Made by a program: the position numbers and the translations under genes. 64,000 nt of DNA from Candidatus Heimdallarchaeota archaeon (GTDB lineage: Archaea; Asgardarchaeota; Heimdallarchaeia; Heimdallarchaeales; Heimdallarchaeaceae), in assembly GCA_030603365.1 (NCBI GenBank), contig JAUVXV010000005.1, forward strand, positions 64,001-128,000, given 5' to 3'. How positions within the stretch are numbered: position 1 is the first letter of the stretch; each line of letters begins with the position of its first letter. This document shows, one piece after another, positions 1 through 11,000 of the stretch. The notes under the pieces are model-generated. The model was not told where the DNA came from. It worked only from the letters and a program-made list of their open reading frames with translations, and did no database searches.

Positions 1-224
1 GCCTTGGACTTTAATGCAAAGCTAATGATTTTATCTATATTCAAATACGTTTCTTGAACAGAACCATTTCCCAAACAAAATGCTTCATCAGCCATCTTTA
101 CATGAAGTGATGAAGAATCAATCTCTGAATAGATTGCGACAGTTTTTATTTTCAAAAGCCGGCATGCTCTTATTACCCTTACAGCTATTTCTCCACGGTT
201 GGCTATAAGGATTTTATTAAGCAT
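1..224 (-). CDS. accC: Biotin carboxylase of acyl-CoA carboxylase, N-terminal part (runs off the window edge); paralog of 13382..14884
   Basis: Manual translation from the ATG at 224 gives [67 protein letters not shown]. It has the ANRGEIA motif and is very similar to the N-terminus of 13382..14884. Not in the ORF track. Confidence 0.93.
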   Translation of the reverse strand, partial: MLNKILIANRGEIAVRVIRACRLLKIKTVAIYSEIDSSSLHVKMADEAFCLGNGSVQETYLNIDKIISFALKSK

Positions 225-244
225 TTGAAAATATTTCACTTGAT

Positions 245-262
245 ATTTATTTAAAGTCTTTT
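245..262 (-). promoter_or_regulatory. BRE/TATA promoter of the first accC
   Basis: Minus strand reads AAAAGACTTTAAATAAAT about 25-35 nt upstream of the ATG. A near-identical AAAAGGCTTTAAATAAAT precedes the second accC (~14905-14922). Confidence 0.6.
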
Positions 263-420
263 AATTCATGATATGATTTATGATGTTAAGATTAAATTGA
301 TTTTATTATGAAAAAACATTTTCTATATTACATATAGAAAGTACCAGAACGCATCTTATTATGGTTGGATATAAAGCTTATTTCGTTTTATGTACAAAGA
401 ATTTTTAATCATGAAAAGAG

Positions 421-2034
421 ATGTCGTTTTTATTCGACTTAAATGATACTAGTTTAATGTATCAGAAACCTAAGAATTTAACTGAGATTCAAGAAAACAA
501 TAAGTATACTACTCTACATGATAAGAGAAAAAAGAGTAGAGAAGGAGGAGGGGAAAAAAGGATTGAGAATCAACATCAGAAAGGAAAATTAACTGCCCGT
601 GAAAGGATTGAACTTTTAGTTGATGAAAATTCTTTCAATGAGATTGATGCTTTTGTTACACATCAATCTACTAAATTTAACATGTCAAATAATCGACCTT
701 TTGGAGATGGTGTTGTTACAGGTCATGCAAAAATCTCAGGTAGGACTGTCTATATTTATAGTCAAGATTTCACAATTTTTGGAGGAAGTTTGGGGAGAGC
801 TCAAGCAACTAAAATTTGTAAAATAATGGATTTAGCAGTAAAAACAGGAAATCCAATAATAAGCTTACTTGATTCAGGTGGAGCTAGAATACAGGAAGGG
901 GTTGCTTCTCTAGCGGGATACGGAGATATTTTCTATAGAAATACCCTAGCTTCTGGAGTAATTCCTCAAATTTCTGTTATACTTGGACCATGTGCTGGGG
1001 GAGCAGTTTACTCTCCAGCTTTAACAGATTTTGTTTTGATGAATAAAGAAAATTCCTTCATGTTTGTTACTGGTCCAGAAGTTGTAAAGGCCGTTACAGG
1101 AGAGGAGATCTCATTCTATGAATTGGGAGGAAGTGAAGTTCATAGTAATAAAACAGGATTATGTCATTTAGTTGGAGAAACCGAAGAAGAGACTTTAGAT
1201 CTTGTAAGGAAGCTATTTTCCTATCTGCCTTCTAACAATTTAAATGATGCTCCATTAGAAGCCAATTTACCAGAAGTAAATAATCAAAAAATTCTCAGAG
1301 ACCTGATCCCAGAAGAAGACAATGAACCTTATGATATGAAGGGTATTATTGGTGTTATCTTTGATTCTGATAGTTTTCTAGAATTGCAGGAAGATTGGGC
1401 AAAGAACATGGTAATTGGTTTCTCAAGGATAAATGGAAACACAGTTGGAATCATCGCAAATCAACCATTATTCTTGGGAGGAGCAATTGATTTTAACGCT
1501 GCAGACAAAGCATCCAGATTTATACGATTTTGTGATTCCTTTAACATACCAATATTGACTTTTGTTGATGTGCCTGGTTTCCTTCCAGGTATTAAACAAG
1601 AACATGAAGGAATTATCAGACACGGAGCAAAGCTTCTGTTTGCATATTCTGAAGCTACTGTTCCCAAAATCTCTGTTATAGTACGCAAAGCATATGGAGG
1701 GGCTTATATTGTGATGAGTTCCAAACATTTAGGAAATGATATTAATTTAGCTTGGCCAACAGCTGAAATAGCAGTTATGGGATCTGAGGGAGCATGCAGA
1801 ATACTCTATAGAGGTAAATTGAAAGAAGCTGAAAATCCAGATCAAGTTTTAGATGAATTTACCAACCAATTCAAAGAAGAATTTGCTAATCCATATCAAG
1901 CAGCTGAATTGGGTTACGTTGACAAAGTTGTTTTTCCAGAAGAGACTAGAAATGAAATTATCGTTTCTCTTAGTATTTTGAGAAATAAAAGAGAGCAAGC
2001 ACCAAAGAGGAAACATGGAATTTTTCCAGTTTAA
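421..2034 (+). CDS. pccB: Acyl-CoA carboxylase carboxyltransferase subunit (PccB/MmdA type)
   Basis: Motifs GKLTARERI, DSGGARIQEG, GPCAGGAVYSPA, DVPGFLPG, KAYGGAY and C-terminal KHG..P. Confidence 0.93.
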   Translation: MSFLFDLNDTSLMYQKPKNLTEIQENNKYTTLHDKRKKSREGGGEKRIENQHQKGKLTARERIELLVDENSFNEIDAFVTHQSTKFNMSNNRPFGDGVVTGHAKISGRTVYIYSQDFTIFGGSLGRAQATKICKIMDLAVKTGNPIISLLDSGGARIQEGVASLAGYGDIFYRNTLASGVIPQISVILGPCAGGAVYSPALTDFVLMNKENSFMFVTGPEVVKAVTGEEISFYELGGSEVHSNKTGLCHLVGETEEETLDLVRKLFSYLPSNNLNDAPLEANLPEVNNQKILRDLIPEEDNEPYDMKGIIGVIFDSDSFLELQEDWAKNMVIGFSRINGNTVGIIANQPLFLGGAIDFNAADKASRFIRFCDSFNIPILTFVDVPGFLPGIKQEHEGIIRHGAKLLFAYSEATVPKISVIVRKAYGGAYIVMSSKHLGNDINLAWPTAEIAVMGSEGACRILYRGKLKEAENPDQVLDEFTNQFKEEFANPYQAAELGYVDKVVFPEETRNEIIVSLSILRNKREQAPKRKHGIFPV

Positions 2035-5000
2035 GGTGATTTTAATGAAAACAAAAAGACAAATCGAAAAAGAGTTAATACCAAATAAAATCATTTGGGG
2101 ATTTTCTCCAAAAGGTATAAGCAATCCACAATTATCTATAGAACTCTCTCTTAAGGGAGGCGTAGGACTTATAGATCTTGAAGGATTTGATGACCACTCA
2201 CTCACTAGTATCATAACTGATTGTAGTACTAAAATTCCAGAAGATAACCTCTGGGGAGTAAGAATCTCTGAAGCTTCTCACATAGAAGTTTTGAATAAAT
2301 TTGACTTCATTCCACTACTTATCTTACCGGATAAAGTAAATGAAGAGTTGTTAATCGGACTAACTTGCAATTATACCTGGATAGTAGCTGAAGTAAATAG
2401 CCTCTCTGAAGCTCAATCAAAAACTGATTGGGCTGACTTCTTTCTTGTAAAAGGATTTGAAGCAGGTGGAAAGATAGGAGAAACATCTTCCTTTATTCTA
2501 ATACAAGAATTCACTGAAGCTGGCTTTCCCTTCATTATTCAAGGTGGATTTGGAGTTTACAACATTATTAGCGCATTAATTGGAGGTGCATTAGGAGTTG
2601 TACTTGAAGAACAATTGTCTCTACTTCCAGAATGTCCTCTTACTAAAGAAACAAAAGATTATCTTTCATCTCTTGATGAAAATGATACCTATATTGTTGG
2701 AGAAAGTTTTGAATTAAAGTATAGACTAGCTGGAAAAATAGCAAATAAATGGATAAGAGATTTCAAAAAATTTGAAAAAAGCTTGACACGTGAAAGCGTT
2801 CAGGAATTATCACACAAAATAGATAAAATCTCAAAGAATTCGTTGTTCTTGTCGGATCCTGAAATTAAAAATTCTTTTCTTCCTCTTGGAGTAGGCTTGA
2901 GATTTGCTTCATTCATATTAGAAAAATTTGGAGACTTGTCTTCTTTTCTAAAAGGAATTGAGAACATAATTAACAGTCAAATGAGTAATCTTTCAGAACA
3001 TTGGCCATTTGCTGAGGATAGTGATTTTGCAAAGAGTCTTGGAATTAAATTACCCATAATTCAAGGACCTATGGCAAATATTACTGATAATGCTAAGTTT
3101 GCATCTAAGGTTTCGGAAGAAGGAGCTTTGCCTGTTCTAGCTTTTGGAGGATTATTAAAAGAAGAAACAGAAGAACTTTATCTAGAGTTTAATTCAAAGT
3201 TTCCAGTAGATGCTCCTTATGCAGGTGGAATTATAGGATTAGAAGTAATGAAAGAGAGACGAGAAGCTCATATTTCCTTGATAAAGAAAAACAACACACC
3301 TTATTGTCTTTTAGCTGCAGGCTCTATTCAACTAGCATCTAGAATCCAAAAAGAAGGTACTAAAGTCATTCTTCATACTCCTGCATTAGCACTTTTCAAA
3401 GAAGCGCATCAAAATGGAATTGAACATCTTATTTTAGAAGGAAGTGAATGTGGGGGACATATTGGCACTCTGACATCATTAACTCTCTGGGAGACGATTA
3501 TTCAGTTTATAGAGAAAGAGAAAACCAATCTTAAACAAAAGATAAATGTGATTTTTGCTGGAGGAATTAGTGATGCGAAAAGTTCTGCTATGCTAGCAGG
3601 AATGATAGCTTGTCATTCAGAGTACATTTCTCCAGGAATACAAATGGGAACAGCTTATTTGTTCACTGAAGAAATTGTTAAGAGTCGAGCTTTAACATCA
3701 CAATATCAAGAACATCTTCTTAATTCTTCTAATACAAAAGTGATAGGATCAACAGTAAATACTCGAGCTAGAGTAATTCCTTCAGATTTTGTAGAATCTA
3801 CATTAGAAGTAGAACTTGAGAGAATTAGTTCAGGATTATCGATACAAGATAGAAAGAAATTATATGAAAAAGATAACTTGGGAGCTCTACGAATTGCAGC
3901 AAAAGCTGAAGTGTGGAATGATAAACACATACCTGGTGGTGATACAACTCAGTTTGTAGCTGCTAGCAAAAAGATTCAGGATAGCAAAGGATGTTACATG
4001 GCTGGAGAACTTATTAGCTTGAAAAGAAACATATTGCGAATTAAAGATCTTCATACTGATGTTGTAAATTCAAGTAGAACATACGTTAAACATCAAATTA
4101 CAGCAATAGAAAAAATGCTCCCTCACGATACTATAAAAGAAGAATCTCACTCTGATACTATATCTTTACCAATTGAAAATAGAGTAGCAATAGTTGGGAT
4201 GGGCTGTATTTTTCCAGATGCTTTGAACATCAATCAATTTTGGTCAAATGTAACTGATAAGAAATATTCGATAACAGAAATTCCTGAATCAAGATGGAGT
4301 ACTGAATTATATTTCAACGAGGATAAAACAGCTCCAAATAAATCCTATTCCAAAATTGGTTCTTTTATAACAGATTATGAATTTGCTTCTATCAAGTATC
4401 GAATACCACCTAAAATCGCTGAGAGGATGGATGAAGTTCAAAAATGGGCTATAGATGCCGCAAAACAAGCTCTAGACGATGCTGGAATTCCTACCGATGG
4501 AAAATCAAGATTGCCTGTTTCTGTAATAGTAGGGAATTCATTAGGAGGAGAGAATCAACGAACTACAAACAAAGGACTTTTTGTTCCTGAATTTCTAAAA
4601 GAAATGAAGAAAAACGAAGTATTTCAAGAGCTTTCAAAAGAAAAACAGAAAGTTATGATAAAACAACTTGAAGTATTCTATACTGAAAAATATCCTCCAG
4701 TAACAGAAGATTCTATGCCAGGTGAATTATCTAATGTGATTTCTGGAAGAATTGCAAATGTTTTCAATTTAACTGGAAAATCTATGACAACGGATGCAGC
4801 TTGTGCTTCTAGTATAGCAGCAATTGATACTGCTGTTAATTCTCTCCTTTCAAGAGAATTTGATGTTGCTCTTTCAGGTGGAGCAGATAGATCAATGGAT
4901 ATTTCCACCTATATTAAATTCTCTAAAATAGGTGCATTATCTGCAACAGGAACAAGACCTTTTGACGAAAAAGCAGATGGTTTCGTTATGGGAGAAGGAG

Positions 5001-8000
5001 CAGGTTTTGTTGTTCTTAAACGTCTAGAAGATGCAATTAAAGATGGAAATAAAATTTATGCTGTTATTGCTTCAATCGGATCTTCTTCTGATGGTAAAGG
5101 TAAAGCAATTACCGCTCCCAACCCAGAAGGACAAAAACAAGCTATTCAAATGGCTATGAGAAAGGCACATATTAATACAAATGAGGTCGATTATATCGAA
5201 GCTCATGGGACTTCTACTATTGTCGGTGATGCTGTTGAATTAAAAGTTTTGGAAGAAGTTTTTGAAAACCGTAAAAGAGAACAGAAAATTGCTGTAAGCT
5301 CTATAAAAAGCCAAATTGGACATCTTAAGAGTGCGGCTGGAATAGCTTCAATAATCAAAACATCTTTGTCTCTTCATCACAAAATTCTTCCTCCTTCAGT
5401 TAATGTGGAAAAACTGAATCCAAAAATAAATTGGAAAGAATCTCGATTGAAAGTAATCACCGAAACAGAGGATTGGAATCTTTCCAATAACGAAGTAGGT
5501 AGAGCTGGAGTATCTGCATTTGGTTTTGGCGGAACCAATTATCATGCGATTTTAGAAGAATTCAATCCTGAAAAAATCCTTTATGAAGAGAAACCCAAAC
5601 ATATTTCTTCAGTTCTACAAGAGGATGATACTGTTCAAGAACAAATTTCTCTTCAAAGTATTCTTCCTAAGCTTTGTTACATGTTTACTGGTCAAGGTAG
5701 CCAATATCTAGGCATGGCTAAACAACTCTATGAGAATTCTGATATAGTAAAGAGATTTTTCGAAAAAGCTGAAAAAATTTGGTACAATTACTATACTTAT
5801 AGCTTCAAGGAAATTGTATTTGGTTCAGAAAAATTGTCAGTAGAATCAAATAAGAAGAGATTAACCGATACAAAGTTTACTCAACCTACCATCTTTGTTG
5901 TAGATGTAGCAATAGCTAATCTCTTAGCAGAAGAGGGGATTGAACCGGACATTGTTGCAGGACACAGTTTGGGAGAATATGCTGCTTTGGTTATTGCTGG
6001 AGTTCTATCTTTTGAGGATGGATTAAGGGCAGTTATTGAACGGGGGAGATCTATGAGCAGAGCTGGGAATTCAGTTCCTGGTGCTATGGTAGCAATTCTT
6101 GCTCCTATAGATAAAGTAACAGAGATTGTCAAGGAAGTAAAAAATAACTATGTTACTGTAGCCAATTACAACTCTAAAAATCAAACTGTAGTATCTGGAG
6201 AAATAGAAGGTATTGAGCAGATCTTAGAAATCTCAAAGAAGAAGGGAATTACAGCAAAGAGACTGAATGTATCTACTGCATTCCATTCAAAGATTGTAAA
6301 ATCAGTTGAGGAAGAGATGGAAAAGGTTCTTGCAAGAATAGAATTCAAAAATCCACGAATACCTGTATATAGCAATGCTACTGGAAAAGCATACCCTTCA
6401 GAGCCAGAACAGATGAGAAATCTACTAGTTGAACAGGTCAGCTCTTCTGTTTTATGGGTAGATGAAATTCAGAATATTTACAATGCTGGTGCTAGATATT
6501 ATGTTGAGATAGGTCCAAAGAAAGCCTTATTCCATTTTGCTAAGGATATCTTAAAGGAGAAAACTGACATTTCAACTTTCATTACACTATTACCTAAAGA
6601 AGATGAGATTGATACAATTCAATCAACCTTGAATCAACTTAGTCAATTTGTTGGTTTTGTTTCATCTTCAGATTCTAGTACCCAAACCAAGGAAACAAGC
6701 TTAAATATAGCAACTAAATCTATAGATAGAATAGTTCTATCATCGGATAATGATTTTCAAAATTTTGTGAAAAATAATAGCAAGTATCTTGAGAATATCT
6801 TGAAAGCAGGGCACGAACTTTATTCAACATATTTAGGAGAAGAAAGAAAATCAGAAAAGTCTCATTCACACTTCGGGATTGACCATCACTTGATTGGTGT
6901 GACAGGAGTAGGAATTGGTCTTCCAGGTAAACAGAGGAATGTTTTCGATGATGAAAATATCGATTCAATCTTAGCTGGGGAGAATTTCATTGATTCTATC
7001 GCTCAGGAAATTAAACAAGACATTCTAGATAAGAATATCAACCGCTTAGTTAAATCTCCTGATGGATCAGCTTCCTTCGAGGAAATAGATGATCTAACTA
7101 AGGTAATTAGCCTAGCAGGACAGATAGGTAAATTTGATCCAGTTGGAGATTTTGGAATAAACGAAAAGTTTCTGAATTCTCTTGACATAACCTTCCAGTT
7201 AGCTATTTGTGCAGGATTAGATGCTTTGACTGATGCAGGAATACCTTTAGTCAAATCTTCATTTACGACTTCAACAGGAAAAGTACTGGAAGGTGAATGG
7301 GCTTTACCTGAATCTCTTCAAGAAGAGACAGGGATAATATTTGCTTCAGCATTTCCAGGTTATGATAATCTAATTAAAGAAATTCAAGAACATAAAAACC
7401 AAGGTGATGATAGGAAATTTAGCAGAAACTTTCTGTTTAAGATTCTTTCATTGGGACATGCTCAATTTGCTCAACTCATCAAAGCAAAAGGACCAAATAC
7501 CCAAATTAATGCTGCATGTGCATCTACTACTCAAGCAATAGGAATCGCGGAGGATTGGATACGTACAGGACGTTGTAATCGAGTAATAGTAATTGCAGCT
7601 GATGATGCCTCAAGTGAAAATCTTCTGCCTTGGATAGGTTCAGGATTTTTAGTTGCAGGAGGTGTTACAACTCAAGATAAAGTCGAAAATGCTGCATTAC
7701 CATTTGGTAAAGATAGACACGGATTAATCATAGGTTCAGCTGCAGCTTCTCTAGTACTTGAGAGTGAAGAAGCATATAATAAAAGAGGAGTAAAACCAAT
7801 AGTAGATCTAATTGGTTCTACTTTTGTAAACAGTGGATTTCATGGTTCAAGGTTGGATGTTCAACATATCTCTCATGTTTTCCAATCTTTTGTTGAGAAG
7901 ATAGAAAAGCAATATAACATTTCAAGAAAAGAGCTAGCAGAAGATGGAATGTTTGTTTCTCATGAAACTTATACTCCTGCTAGAGGAGGAAGTGCAGAAT

Positions 8001-11000
8001 CAGAGATAGAAGCACTCAAAAGAGTGTTTGGGAAGGATTCAAGTAAGATTACTATTGTTAACACAAAGGGTTTCACAGGACATTCAATGGGAGCTGGAAT
8101 AGAAGAGTGTATTGCAATAAAATCTATAGAAAAAGGAAAAATTCCCCCTATTGCTAACATGGACAAAATAGATCCGATTTTCTCTGAGTTGAACTTTTCC
8201 AAAGGTGAAAATCGACGCGTAAAATATGCTATAAGATTAGCTGCAGGATTTGGCTCTCAGATAGCTTTTACTGCTTTTAGACTTAATACATATGAAGATA
8301 GATATGATTTAATTCTTCATGAAGAATGGTTAAATCAACTAGGAGGAGATATGAGAAGTACTTTTCTGGATGGTCGAGTTTTGAAGCTTAGAACAAGATC
8401 TAGACAAGAACAAGTATCTCATGTTGCATCAACAACATCTATTGTTCAAGAAACAGTGGTATTCAAAGAAATTCTCCCTGGTGTGATTTCAATTATTTCT
8501 GAAATAACTGGTTATGAAGCCAATCTGATTGAAGCTGAGATGCACCTTGAAGAGGATCTGGGAATAGATACTGTAAAACAAGCCGAGATTTTTGGTATTG
8601 TTCGAGAAAAATGGGGTTTAGATTTAGACGAAACAGTAAGTCTTGTTGAATTTACATCACCACAAAAAATAGCTGAGTATATTCAAAGTAATATGAAAGG
8701 TGTGAATGATATTGAAACAGCTGTTTCACAAGTCAAAGGTGGTCAGTTTGAGGATATATCCTTTAAGATTAGAGAAGTAGTATCTGAAACAACAGGATAT
8801 GAACAAGATTTAATTGAATACGATATGGATCTTGAAGAAGATCTGGGAATAGACACTATCAAACAAGCAGAGATTTTCGGTGACATAAGAGAAATATTTG
8901 ATTTGCCAGTTGATGAGTCAGTGAGTTTAGCTGAATTCAGGTCAATAAATGACATTGCGAAATATGTGTCTCAGTCTATTGGAGCTGAACAAAAAATCAT
9001 TACAGAGAGCTCTGATGATCAAAAACAAAAACAAATTACAGCTGACAAAGTTGAAGATGAAAAGAGCCTTGTTCGTATTGACAATCTAATTACAGTACCA
9101 GTTCCTTTGAATAAAAAAGATGCTGAGAAAATTACTCTAAAAGATATTTCTTCATTAGTAGTCAACATAAATTCAGATTTGCGGAACAGCTTAACGGAAA
9201 CATTGGTTGAGAAAAAGGCTAAATTTGTTGAACATAATTTACTAAAAGATGAAATTTCTTCAATACCAGAAAAGGAATTTGACCTCTTCATTTTAGTTCT
9301 CCCAGGTGTAAAATCAGAACCTGGTTATATCGACCAAGAGATTTACAGAAAACTTTTTTCGCTATTTCAATCTCTTGAATTGCAGAAAGGAAATAGGATT
9401 GTCGCATTATCTGAAGAGAGTTTCTTTGGTCTTAAAGAAGGTGCTAATCCAATATCTGGAGGAATATCAGGATTTGTGAAAACCTTAGGTTTAGAGTTTG
9501 ATATGCCCTATAAGCACATTTATTCTGAAAACATCGCTGATATAATTCAAGAGCTTGAATACTGGGATGGTATAATAGAAATTGCATTTGATAAAAAAGG
9601 ACGTTTCACTCTTGCTAATCTTGATATTAGTAATTATCTTACTCAGTCATCAAAAATTGATATAGAGAAAGATGATCTGATTTTAGTAACTGGAGGTGGA
9701 CGAGGTATCACCTTCAAATGCATTGAAGCTTTAAGTACAATAGTAAAATCTAAAGTTGCTATAATTGGAATTGAGGACATCTCTGATATTAATTCTGATA
9801 TGCTTCAATTTTCCGATGATGATTTAGAACTAAGAAAACAACAACTTATCAAAGAATTAAAAGAATCAGAAGAGAAAGTTACACCTGTTCTCATAGATAA
9901 ACACTGGAACAGATTCCTTTTCGGCTTAGAAGTTACTCGCAACATTGAAAAACTAAGAAAAATGAGAATTCAGGCAGAATATAGACGCGTAGATGTAACT
10001 AATAAAGAAGCTGTTGAGAAAACAATCAGAGAAATTGAAGACCACTTCCAAACATCTGTTAGTCATATCATACATGGTGCTGGTCTAGAAGAATCAAAAT
10101 CTTTCAAGAAGAAGAAAATAGATTTTTCCAATCTTATAGTTTCTGTGAAGGTTGAAGGAATTTGGAACGTTCTCAATTCTGTTAACACTAAGAAACTAAA
10201 ACGAGTTGTATGTTTCACTTCAATTGCTGGTCGGTATGGTAACAGAGGTCAAGTAGACTATTCTTTTGCAAATGGTTACTTATCTAGACTATGTTGGAAG
10301 CTAAATCAACAGGGTGTATCTGCACTTGCTTGCGATTGGTCTGCCTGGGGAGGAGTTGGAATGGCAACAAGAGGCTCTATAATGGACATATTAACATCTC
10401 AAGGGATTAATCCTATACCTTTACAAGACGGGACTGAAACTTTTGTTAAGCTCTTTCTAAACACAATCGGAAATGAAGTTGTGGTTTCTTGCGGTCTTGG
10501 TCCATTTGAGCAATTATCTAACATCCAATCGGAGATTAAAGAAAAGAAATATCCTATGATCAATAGAATTGAATATTCTGAATCAAAATTCTATGCAAGA
10601 AAGTCAATATCTTCTTCAACTGATCTTTACTTAAACGATCATCAAATTCAACAAACACCTATATTTCCAGGAGTTATGGGGTTGGAAATGTTTGCTGAAA
10701 CATTTGAACTAGTCTCAGCACAGAAACCTGTTAGTTTCACAAAAGTAGAATTCAATACAGCACTGAAGATTCAACAATCACAAGCTAAAGAAGTTTACGT
10801 TGAATATAAATCAGATTTAGGAGAAATGCGGTTAAAATCTGATTTTGTTGCAAAAATCGAACCAAGCAAAACAAGAGAAATAGAACACTTTAGAGTGAAT
10901 GTAGATACTTTATCAAAAAGAAGGAAATCAAAGAAATCTAAACATATAATTAGAGAATCGAAGATTAATCTGCTCACAAAAGAAGATATTTATTCATTCT

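Noticed and set aside
620-10977. Many short overlapping or antisense ORFs inside the carboxyltransferase and PKS (and similar ones elsewhere)
   Set aside because: They are shadows of long, motif-rich genes.
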